Shown piece by piece: positions 7,999 through 16,349 of a stretch of DNA of 64,000 bases. Source of the DNA: Candidatus Bathyarchaeum sp. (GTDB lineage: Archaea > Thermoproteota > Bathyarchaeia > Bathyarchaeales > Bathyarchaeaceae); the NCBI GenBank assembly GCA_026014565.1, contig JAOZIB010000018.1:64444-128443 (forward strand), given 5' to 3'. The notes under the pieces were generated by a model that saw only the letters and a list, made by a program, of their open reading frames with translations, did not search any database and had not been told where the DNA came from. Position numbers and translations under genes: made by a program. Position 1 is the stretch's first letter. Each line of letters opens with the position of its first letter.

Positions 7999-8171
7999 AT
8001 TATTTTAACATGGTTGAAAAAAATTTTGGTTAAATTCACTCAAAAATTTTAAAAAATTAAACACAATTTCGGAAGCAAATATTCAAATGTTCTTTTAAAG
8101 CTTTAACTCCGCAAAAGATATATTGGCGAAATAAGTTGTTTTCGCTCGGATATATTTGAACAGGTGATGGT

Positions 8172-10082
8172 ATGACAACAGAAACACCAGTCGAATCGAA
8201 AAAATATTGCCCGATGAACAGATATTTAGATGTACACAAAAAATCATTGGAAAATATTGAAGAATACTGGGAACAAGAAGCAAGAAACATTGAATGGTTC
8301 AAGACTTGGGACAAAGTCCTAGAATGGAACATGCCTTTTGCAAAATGGTTCCCCGGTGGTCAACTAAATGCCTCATACTTGTGTGTAGACAAGCATGTGA
8401 AAACTGACCGAAAAAATAAAGCAGCAATCTATTGGATTGGAGAAGACGGTGAAGAAAAGACTCTGACGTATCTCCAGCTCCAAAGAGAAGTTAACAAAGC
8501 CGCAGCAGCCCTGAAAGCTTTGGGTGTAAAAGACGGTGATCGTATCGCGTTTTACTTACCAATGATTACTGAACTGCCTATAATGATGCTGGCATGTATC
8601 AGACTGGGTGCAATTCATACCATCGTGTTCTCTGGATTCAGCTCACAGGCTCTTGCAGACAGGATTAACGACACTGAAGCTAAACTCGTTATTACTTCAG
8701 ACGGTTGTTTCCGCAGAGGCAAAATCATTGAACTAAAAGGCATTGTTGACGAAGCCTGTAAACTGGCTCCATCAGTTGAAAAAGTTCTAGTTGTAAAACG
8801 AACAGCCCACGACATCAACATGCAAGAAGGACGCGACATGTGGTACCACGACAAAGTCGTACCAACAAAAGAAATTGTCGCCCCAGTTCCAGTTGAAAGC
8901 ACTCACCCAATGTTCATCTTGTATACCTCCGGAACCACTGGTAAACCAAAAGGTATCGTCCACAGCACTGGCGGATACATGGTTTACATTAACTCTGTGT
9001 TTAACAAGGTCTTCCACCTACGCGAAGATAGTGTCTACTGGTGTAACGCAGACATCGGATGGATTACGGGTCACAGCTTCATTGTGTATGCACCTTTGAT
9101 GAACGGCGCATCCATCGTTATGTATGAAGGAGCGCCTGACTTCCCAACCGCAGACCGCTGGTGGGAAATCATTGAAGACTACAAGGTTAACGTCCTTTAC
9201 ACGTCCCCAACTGCCATTCGTATGTTCATGGGAATGGACATCAAGTTCGTAAAGAACCACGACCTAAGCAGCCTAGAACTCCTTGGAAGTGTCGGAGAAC
9301 CCATCAACCCAGAAGCATGGATTTGGTACTTCAACAACATCGGTGGCGGACGATGCCCAATAGTTGACACATGGTGGCAAACAGAAACCGGTGGATTCAT
9401 GGTCTCTGGAGCACCAGGAATTGGAGAAATTCCAATGAAACCCGGATCTGCTTCATACCCGCTCCCCGGAATTGACGCTGATGTAGTAGATGAAGACGGT
9501 AATTCAGTAAAACCAGGCGTGCGAGGCTACATTGTAATCAAGAAACCATGGCCAGGAATGACCATGACAGTCTACAAAGACCCCGAGCGCTTCAAATCCA
9601 CTTACTGGTCACGGTTCCCTGATTGTTACTTCCCTGGCGACTACTGTATGAAAGACGAAGATGGATATCTCTGGCTCCTTGGCCGATCCGACGAAGTCCT
9701 CAAAGTCGCAGGTCACAGACTTGGAACTGCCGAAATTGAAAGCGCAATTGTTGAACACCCTGCAGTAACAGAAGCCGCAGTAGCAAGCAAACCCCACGAC
9801 GTCAAAGGAGAATCAATTGTTGTCTTCGCTGTCCTAGCAGAAGGAAAAACCGGAAGTCCAGAGCTAGAAAAAGAAATCAAAATGCACGTGCGCAAAACAG
9901 TTGGACCTCTTGCCACTCCTGAAAAGACCTACTTTGTATCTAAATTGCCCAAGACTCGAAGTGGCAAAATCATGCGACGAGTCCTCAAAGCAATCGTAGT
10001 AGGCAAAGAAGTCGGCGACCTATCTACAATTGAAGATAAATCTTCCGTAGAAGTCGCAAAACAAGCAGTCGCAGAAGGCTAA
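8172..10082 (+). CDS. acs: Acetyl-CoA synthetase (AMP-forming)
   Basis: 636 aa. Has the [11 protein letters not shown] adenylation motif, WWQTETGG and the C-terminal [12 protein letters not shown]. Confidence 0.95.
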   Translation: MTTETPVESKKYCPMNRYLDVHKKSLENIEEYWEQEARNIEWFKTWDKVLEWNMPFAKWFPGGQLNASYLCVDKHVKTDRKNKAAIYWIGEDGEEKTLTYLQLQREVNKAAAALKALGVKDGDRIAFYLPMITELPIMMLACIRLGAIHTIVFSGFSSQALADRINDTEAKLVITSDGCFRRGKIIELKGIVDEACKLAPSVEKVLVVKRTAHDINMQEGRDMWYHDKVVPTKEIVAPVPVESTHPMFILYTSGTTGKPKGIVHSTGGYMVYINSVFNKVFHLREDSVYWCNADIGWITGHSFIVYAPLMNGASIVMYEGAPDFPTADRWWEIIEDYKVNVLYTSPTAIRMFMGMDIKFVKNHDLSSLELLGSVGEPINPEAWIWYFNNIGGGRCPIVDTWWQTETGGFMVSGAPGIGEIPMKPGSASYPLPGIDADVVDEDGNSVKPGVRGYIVIKKPWPGMTMTVYKDPERFKSTYWSRFPDCYFPGDYCMKDEDGYLWLLGRSDEVLKVAGHRLGTAEIESAIVEHPAVTEAAVASKPHDVKGESIVVFAVLAEGKTGSPELEKEIKMHVRKTVGPLATPEKTYFVSKLPKTRSGKIMRRVLKAIVVGKEVGDLSTIEDKSSVEVAKQAVAEG

Positions 10083-10091
10083 ACAAACAAA

Positions 10092-10139
10092 AAGAAGAAG
10101 TGAACCGTCTTCACTCTTCTTTTCTTTTTTATTTTTTTT
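10092..10139 (+). terminator. Imperfect hairpin followed by a long T tract after acs
   Basis: agaagaagtgaa-ccgtc-ttcactcttct followed by tttcttttttatttttttt. Confidence 0.5.
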
Positions 10140-10252
10140 AAACTATTATTTTCATGTAAACTTTTGTTAACACAGTTGTGCTGTGAATAAAAAATTCCAA
10201 AAAAGATAGGTTAGTCTGGAAAAAACAGAGTTTAAGAAATGGGACCAGATAA

Positions 10253-10498
10253 TCAGCCGACTAATTTTTTTGAGGGGGTTGTGAGTGAAAATCTTCTCTT
10301 ACCCACCAAATAGCCTATGGAGGCTCCGACACTGGGAGCTATAACATTCATGATAATTGTAACCTCTAAAGCCCCCAAATAATGACTTGTAGCAAATCCC
10401 GTAGGTAAGGTGATAATCATGAATAAGAATAGAGTTGCAAATGGTGCCAACAAAGCCCCAACTAGAATTAATGCTATTCTGGTTTTCAGCTTATACAT
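10253..10498 (-). CDS. Small membrane protein (two predicted TM helices)
   Basis: 81-aa ORF, strongly hydrophobic (IALILVGALLAPFATLFLFMIITL; IIMNVIAPSVGASIGYLVG). No recognisable family. Confidence 0.3.
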   Translation of the reverse strand: MYKLKTRIALILVGALLAPFATLFLFMIITLPTGFATSHYLGALEVTIIMNVIAPSVGASIGYLVGKRRFSLTTPSKKLVG

Positions 10499-10841
10499 TC
10501 AATCACATATATCGTAATATATAATATATTATGATGCTTGTTAAATATAAACATAGCAAATTAATTGCTGATTTTCAGAGAGAACAACTAATCGGCATAA
10601 TCAATTGATTAAATTACTGTAGAAAGCTAGAATCACAAGTATGTTTTCATCAGAATAAAAAGTTGTTTTCAACATAGAACTACTATTAGTATACTAAGGT
10701 ATACCGAACAAACGTGTGAACAAAATAATTCCAGAAAAACATAATGATGCGAAAAGAGGGCTCCCCACACAAAATTACTAGTAAAACAAGCAATACTACC
10801 CAAAGAATTCCTTTTTGTTTGACGAATCTATTAAACAACCG

Positions 10842-10862
10842 ATGTTTGGTTAATCCAACCAC
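10842..10862. promoter_or_regulatory. Weak fourth copy of the TGGnTGG-N5-CCATCCA operator-like motif, next to an ATTTAAAT TATA-like box
   Basis: atgtttggttaatccaaccac + atatttaaat resembles the cobN site ttggatggataatccaaccaa + atatttaaaa. One half-site is degenerate. Confidence 0.3.
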
Positions 10863-10924
10863 ATATTTAAATCCAACATCAAAACAAGTAACTATTACAA
10901 AACCATACAGGAATCCACAATAGA

Positions 10925-11332
10925 TTGAAGCGCCAACACAAAATGGATCTTATAGAATTCTTTCAAGAAAACAACATTATAGTGAAAAATGGTTTTTTTC
11001 AGTTTAAAGATATTAGAAAAGGCACTCAAAGAAACCCACAAAAACTTCCCGCACATTCACCCAGAATAATAAAGGACATAAAAAAAATATTCACATTATT
11101 CCGTGAAAATAAGATTTCAGTAAGTAGTGTTAGTAAACCAGTCCTAGTTGCAATAATTCAAGAAAGATTAGGCTACACAAGAACATGGAGTTACACCATA
11201 GCAGGCTGTATCGACTATTTACTAGAATTCCACAAATCAAACAAAATTCCCCAAGAAATTGTGCAAGAACTGAATGCTGATGCTTCCTCAAATAACCAAA
11301 AAATTTCTCACAAGACAGCTTTGTTAGAATAA
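10925..11332 (+). CDS. Hypothetical protein (135 aa)
   Basis: Only long ORF in this gap, on the same strand and just upstream of the 2-domain binding-protein gene. No recognisable motifs. Confidence 0.35.
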   Translation: MKRQHKMDLIEFFQENNIIVKNGFFQFKDIRKGTQRNPQKLPAHSPRIIKDIKKIFTLFRENKISVSSVSKPVLVAIIQERLGYTRTWSYTIAGCIDYLLEFHKSNKIPQEIVQELNADASSNNQKISHKTALLE

Positions 11333-11515
11333 TCAAGATTTTGGACAACATTTTTCAACATGAAAAAATAGGCGTCTTGGTCAGGGAAGTAAAATTTCGA
11401 CACAAATTAAGTAGTAACAACTTGCACGTCAAAGAGATTTGTAAAAAGATCCGCTAATTGAGTGTTAAGTAGATTAAACTGTGATTCAACTCTCATTGAA
11501 CCAAATCTTATATAG

Positions 11516-11536
11516 TTGGGTGGATAATCCATCCAC
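11516..11536 (+). promoter_or_regulatory. Operator-like inverted repeat immediately downstream of a TATA box (CTTATATAG), upstream of the 2xSBP gene
   Basis: TTGGGTGGATAATCCATCCAC. Same sequence pattern and identical spacing to the TATA box as the sites at 18576-18596 and 63765-63785. Confidence 0.6.
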
Positions 11537-11601
11537 TCAAAGATTGAAAACGTGACTAAACATGGTAAATCCTTTGTTAAATTTAGAAGTTGATGTGATA
11601 G

Positions 11602-13626
11602 ATGAGTAGACTTGTTGACACTAAGAATAAAAAAATCATTCTAGGGACAATTCTCTTACTAGTGATTGTTGGCGGCTCTTATGGTGCTTATGCCATACTT
11701 AATCCCATGCAATCAAACGACCCTTCTGAACAAAACTCAGTTTTAACACTTACAGATTATAAAGACGTTAATGTTACCGTTAATCTTCCTGTAGAACGTG
11801 TTGCTTGTCTTAGTGGTGGTTTGACGGAGATTTTTTGTACTTTAGGGGGTCAAGACAAGATTGTTGCACGCATTGACAGCGTAATTTTTCCGCCTTCAAT
11901 TTTGGATGTGACCTCTTTGGCTGCAGCTGCTCGTGACATTAGTGCAGAAGCGTTGCTTGATATGGACCTTGATTTGGTTATTGCCGATACTGCCTTCTCT
12001 GATGATAATCGAGCAGCAATTGAAGCAGCTGGTGTGCCCGTTATTATCGAAACTACAGGGGATCTTGCCCGAATTAACACAATCATAACTAATTTTGGTC
12101 TAATTTTAGACAATTCAGAAAAAGCAACTGAAGTATTAGAGAATATAGAATACTACACTAACCTTGTTGATGAACGTATTACGAACGCGAATTTGGCCAC
12201 AGAAGAAAAAACTACGTTCTATGTTGAATTAACGAATGAATGGCGTAGTAGATCTGACGCGAGCGTCCAAGGTGCTCTTTTGACTAGCAGTGGCGGAATA
12301 AACATTGTTACCGATACCTCAGTTATGTCTCCAACCGTAAGTGCGGAGGTTGTTGTAGAATCAAACCCTGATGTGATTATCAAGCTGTATTCCAAAAGCA
12401 CTAGTTTAACAGATTATCAAGAGGCATACGCTGAGATAATGAATCGGACCGCGTTACAAGAGACAACTGCCGTAACTTCCGGTCAAGTGTATGTCTGTTA
12501 TTGGTATCTTACCACGGGAGAGATGTATCCTGTTGGTGAGTTATATTTTGCTAAGTGGCTTTACCCTGACTTGTTTGCTGATATTGACCCCAGTGCAATC
12601 CACGCGGAATTGGTTCAAGATTACTATGGAATTGACTTAACTGGAACATGGGCGTATCCATCTGCGAATGAACCTGAACCAACCGAGCCAGAGACTGTTA
12701 CTGTTGTAGATGTAAACGGTGACGAAATCACGGTGAGCCTTCCTGTGGAGCGTGTTGTCAGCATTTCAAACGGTTTAACAGAGGCCATCTGTGCTCTAGG
12801 TTGTGAAGATTTGATTGTGGGACGTGACTCAGGTTCTACTTTTCCGTCTTCCATTTTGTCGATAGATGAAGTAGGTGCCTCATCGTATACGCCAAATGTG
12901 GAAATGGTATTAGAAAAAGAGCCCGATTTGGTGGTTGCAGGTACTATGTTAAACTCTAATCAAGAAGTGTTAACTCAACTGAGGAATGCTGGCATCCCCG
13001 TTTATATTGAAAAGGTAAGCAATTACACACGAATGACACAATTCATCAACGACATGGGACTTGTCTTGGATAAAGAAACAGAAGCAACAGAGCTTGTTGA
13101 GTATCTTAATGAAATTTACAACCTTGTTACAGAACGTGTTGCAACTGTTATGGAGAGCGAGAAACCCATAGTTTACGCCGAATGGAACAATATGTGGCGG
13201 ACATTTAAGGAAGGGCAAGGAGTTGACTTGATGATTGTTGCTGCTGGCGGAATAAACATCGCTACGGTTGGAGAAGAAATGAATTCTAGTGGATACATAA
13301 GTCCTGAGCACGTAGTTGAAGTAAATCCTGACGTCATTCTTAAGATGCCGACTGGAGTAGACGGTGATGTAACTGTCCTTCAAGATGCCCGAGATGAGTT
13401 GCTTAGCCGAACTGCATTGAGTGAGACCACTGCAGTCCTAAATGAGCGTGTTTATGTCTATGACTCTACGATATACACAGGAATGCGTAATCCAGTTGGT
13501 CTGCTCTTCTTTGCTAAGTGGTTACATCCTGACTTGTTTGCAGATATTGATCCTATTGTGGTACAGGCGGACCTGATTCAGGAATTCTTTGGAATAGACT
13601 TAGAGGCAGTCTACGTATATCCATAA
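11602..13626 (+). CDS. Membrane-anchored tandem two-domain periplasmic-binding protein (class III, FecB/BtuF-like)
   Basis: 674 aa. N-terminal TM anchor, then two ~300-aa homologous units, each starting ...V(T/S)(V/L)(N/S)LPVERV...GL(T)E and ending FAKWL(Y/H)PDLFADIDP...FFGIDL. The units are joined by a PEPTEPE linker. Confidence 0.75.
   Translation: MSRLVDTKNKKIILGTILLLVIVGGSYGAYAILNPMQSNDPSEQNSVLTLTDYKDVNVTVNLPVERVACLSGGLTEIFCTLGGQDKIVARIDSVIFPPSILDVTSLAAAARDISAEALLDMDLDLVIADTAFSDDNRAAIEAAGVPVIIETTGDLARINTIITNFGLILDNSEKATEVLENIEYYTNLVDERITNANLATEEKTTFYVELTNEWRSRSDASVQGALLTSSGGINIVTDTSVMSPTVSAEVVVESNPDVIIKLYSKSTSLTDYQEAYAEIMNRTALQETTAVTSGQVYVCYWYLTTGEMYPVGELYFAKWLYPDLFADIDPSAIHAELVQDYYGIDLTGTWAYPSANEPEPTEPETVTVVDVNGDEITVSLPVERVVSISNGLTEAICALGCEDLIVGRDSGSTFPSSILSIDEVGASSYTPNVEMVLEKEPDLVVAGTMLNSNQEVLTQLRNAGIPVYIEKVSNYTRMTQFINDMGLVLDKETEATELVEYLNEIYNLVTERVATVMESEKPIVYAEWNNMWRTFKEGQGVDLMIVAAGGINIATVGEEMNSSGYISPEHVVEVNPDVILKMPTGVDGDVTVLQDARDELLSRTALSETTAVLNERVYVYDSTIYTGMRNPVGLLFFAKWLHPDLFADIDPIVVQADLIQEFFGIDLEAVYVYP
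11737..13623 (+). repeat. Intragenic tandem duplication (2 units of roughly 930 nt)
   Basis: The two SBP domains share long colinear motifs at protein level. The unit boundary is near 12665 (WAYPSANEPEPTEPE). Confidence 0.6.
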
Positions 13627-13633
13627 TCATTGT

Positions 13634-13664
13634 TGCCAAGTTTTCCTTGGCACTTGATTTTTTT
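13634..13664 (+). terminator. Hairpin + T7 tract after the 2xSBP gene
   Basis: tgccaag-ttttc-cttggca followed by cttgattttttt. Confidence 0.5.
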
Positions 13665-13734
13665 ACTTCAAAGTGTCGTAAAAGTTTCTGAAATCATCTC
13701 AAAAATCAAAAACGTATTGTGAAGGAAAGCAAAA

Positions 13735-14724
13735 GTGTCGTGGCAAGATAAAAGGGTGCTAATTTCAGGTAATAGTAGGTTTGTTGGTCGGTGGCTTTTA
13801 GATGCATTAGCCCAAAGGGGTGCCAAGGTTACTGTTTTGTTGAAAGAATTGGATTTACAAAAGAATCACAGTTTATTGACAAACAAAAAACAAGTTTCAA
13901 TTGAAATTGGTCAGTTAGAAGACCTAGATACTGTTGAAAAAACAATTAAAAAACATGAAATTGAAACATGTTTTCATTTGAGTGCACAAGATTTCGCCAG
14001 CAGAACTACTACGAACCCAACATCTAAATTCTATTCTAACATCACGGGAACTTGGAACATACTTGAAGGCTGCAGAAAATCAGAGAGCACAGATTGTTTA
14101 GTAGTTGTAACAAACAGCAAAATCTATGGTGAACCAAATTTCCTGCCTTTAACAGAGGACCACCCATTATTAGCTGGTTATCCTGTTGAAGCCTCAAAAG
14201 CATGTGCAGACATTCTTTCTCGAATGTACAACAAGACCTATGGATTACCCGTGGCGGTTTCACGTTGCTCAAACGTATACGGGGGAGGCGATTTAGTTTT
14301 GTTACGAGTTGTCCCCAGTAAAGTTTGTCCGGTAATATTAAACAAAAATCCCCCAATAAGAAGTGATGGCTCTCCTGTTCGGGATTATTTGTATATTTCA
14401 GACGCCATTGATGCGTTTATTACCATGGCCGAGAGAATCAAAAACACTGACGTGGCGGGTCAAGCATTTAACATTGGCTCATCTGAGCCTCTTAGCATAT
14501 TACAAATAACTAAAAAAATTATTGAAGCATCAGGCAAAAACCATCTAAAGCCAGACATACTTAACATTGCATCACCAACAGTACACACACAATATCTATC
14601 TTGTGAGAAAGCAAAAACAACGCTAAAATGGACACCTAAAGTTTCGATTGAAGAAGGCTTGAAAAAGACAATACACTGGTTTGAAGAAAACCGAAATGCT
14701 TGGATAAATGATTTCAAGAATTAG
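13735..14724 (+). CDS. Extended SDR (NAD-dependent epimerase/dehydratase fold) with atypical active-site and cofactor motifs
   Basis: 329 aa, colinear with sugar-nucleotide 4,6-dehydratase/epimerases (N..GT.N.LE, SKIYGEP, RCSNVYGGGD, RDYLYISD). The glycine motif reads SGNSRFVG, and VEASK replaces YxxxK. Confidence 0.6.
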   Translation: MSWQDKRVLISGNSRFVGRWLLDALAQRGAKVTVLLKELDLQKNHSLLTNKKQVSIEIGQLEDLDTVEKTIKKHEIETCFHLSAQDFASRTTTNPTSKFYSNITGTWNILEGCRKSESTDCLVVVTNSKIYGEPNFLPLTEDHPLLAGYPVEASKACADILSRMYNKTYGLPVAVSRCSNVYGGGDLVLLRVVPSKVCPVILNKNPPIRSDGSPVRDYLYISDAIDAFITMAERIKNTDVAGQAFNIGSSEPLSILQITKKIIEASGKNHLKPDILNIASPTVHTQYLSCEKAKTTLKWTPKVSIEEGLKKTIHWFEENRNAWINDFKN

Positions 14725-14747
14725 GGCTGTTACAAATCTTTTTTTCT

Positions 14748-16349
14748 TTATTCATTTGTACTTTCGAGTATCCCTTCAATATCAAGGTAAAGTCGCTGTA
14801 ATTCTTTTTTCATTTCGTCTGTTGCGTCCCACAGGTTACGTTGAATAGCTTCCAAAAGCCGCTCTGTCATATTCTGCAAAGCGTAAGGATTCACGTCTTT
14901 CAACCATTCTTGCATTTCTTTGTTTAAAGTGTATTTTTCAGCCAGTTTCTCGTACATCCAGTCTTCAACAGTTTCCGTTGTAGCATCCCAACCAAAAACA
15001 AAATCAACGGCTCTAGAAAGTTCAGCGGCTCCTTGATAGCCTTGTTTCATCAAGCCTTCAATGTATTTTGGGTTAAGAAGTCGGCTACGAAGAACGTGAC
15101 AGGTTTCTTCTGCGGTGTTTCTAACTTTTATTCTGTCGGGGTCAGCGCCATCACTACAATAAGAAGAGGGCTTTTTTCCAGTTAGCGTTTTTATGGAGGT
15201 AATCATTCCACCATGAAAGTCATACCAGTCATCACACGATAGTATGTCGTATTCTCGTGAGGCTTCATTTTTTACGGTCAAGTTAATCTTGCTAAGCCGT
15301 AATTTGAACTGTTCAGGAACAGAAACCCCATAAGTTTTGCGACTGTAAGCGAAACTGCCCCAGTTTAAGTAAATCTCCGTCAAGTCCTTTTGATCTTTCC
15401 AGTTTTTAGAATCAATTGCCCTTGTTAATCCACAGCCATAAGCTCCCGGACGGGCACTAAAAATTCGGTAACTTGCTTCTTCTTTTGCTTTTTTTTCATC
15501 TTCACCTTGTGTTGTGCGTTCTTTAACTTCGTTTTTCACATGTTTAGCAACGTAGTTGTTTTCCTCGGACTCTTCTAGATCAGCCACCAAGTTCACTGCG
15601 TCATCAATAAGGTGAACAATGTTCGGAAAAGTGTCTCTGAAAACACCACTAATGCGAACGGTAACATCAATTCGAGGACGTTTTAGTTTTTCAAGGGGAA
15701 TTGGTTCAATTCCAACAACCCGTCCGCTGCCTTCTTCCCACACAGGTTTTACGCCTAATAAATACAGGATTTCAGCTATGTCGTCACCTTTTGTTGTCAT
15801 TGTGACCATGCCCCAGATTATCATGCCTACGCTCTCAGGATATTTTCCTTCATCTTTGATGTAACGCTCAAGCAAAGCATCAGCCATTTTGATACCCACT
15901 TGCCAAGAAGCACGAGCAGGTATAGCCAAAGGGTCAACAGAGTAAAAATTGCGCCCCGTTGGAAGAATATCAGCCATACCCCGAGTTATTGCACCCGAAG
16001 GACCTGCAGGAACATAATTACCCTCACAAGCGGATAGAATATTTGTTAACTCGTCAGTAGTTTTATTCAAATTAGGCACAAGAAAACGTTCAACATACAA
16101 AAGACACTCTCGCACAGACGTGCTTTTTTTGCCCAAGACTTCTTCAACAATATCGTCGATGCTTTTTGCACTAAAATTGGAATCATTAAACCGTTTCATC
16201 AACTCAAGACAAAGCTCACTTAACTCTTTGATTACATCACTGTTAGTTCGCCCATCTAAACGCAATTTTCCTCTATTTTGTAGCAGTTCATCGTAGTCGT
16301 AACCCTTCAGTTCTGCCAACTGCTTGCCGTAAAGAAGGAACCGCCCCAT
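14748..16349 (-). CDS. cobN: CobN-like chelatase large subunit, C-terminal part (after frameshift)
   Basis: 533 aa. Its reading frame overlaps the upstream 739-aa ORF by 62 nt. The combined length of ~1270 aa equals a full CobN. Confidence 0.75.
   Translation of the reverse strand: MGRFLLYGKQLAELKGYDYDELLQNRGKLRLDGRTNSDVIKELSELCLELMKRFNDSNFSAKSIDDIVEEVLGKKSTSVRECLLYVERFLVPNLNKTTDELTNILSACEGNYVPAGPSGAITRGMADILPTGRNFYSVDPLAIPARASWQVGIKMADALLERYIKDEGKYPESVGMIIWGMVTMTTKGDDIAEILYLLGVKPVWEEGSGRVVGIEPIPLEKLKRPRIDVTVRISGVFRDTFPNIVHLIDDAVNLVADLEESEENNYVAKHVKNEVKERTTQGEDEKKAKEEASYRIFSARPGAYGCGLTRAIDSKNWKDQKDLTEIYLNWGSFAYSRKTYGVSVPEQFKLRLSKINLTVKNEASREYDILSCDDWYDFHGGMITSIKTLTGKKPSSYCSDGADPDRIKVRNTAEETCHVLRSRLLNPKYIEGLMKQGYQGAAELSRAVDFVFGWDATTETVEDWMYEKLAEKYTLNKEMQEWLKDVNPYALQNMTERLLEAIQRNLWDATDEMKKELQRLYLDIEGILESTNE

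Noticed and set aside
7727-8008. 93-aa ORF in the track on the plus strand.
   Set aside because: It is fully occupied by the tRNA-Arg gene and its promoter region, so it is an artefactual ORF.
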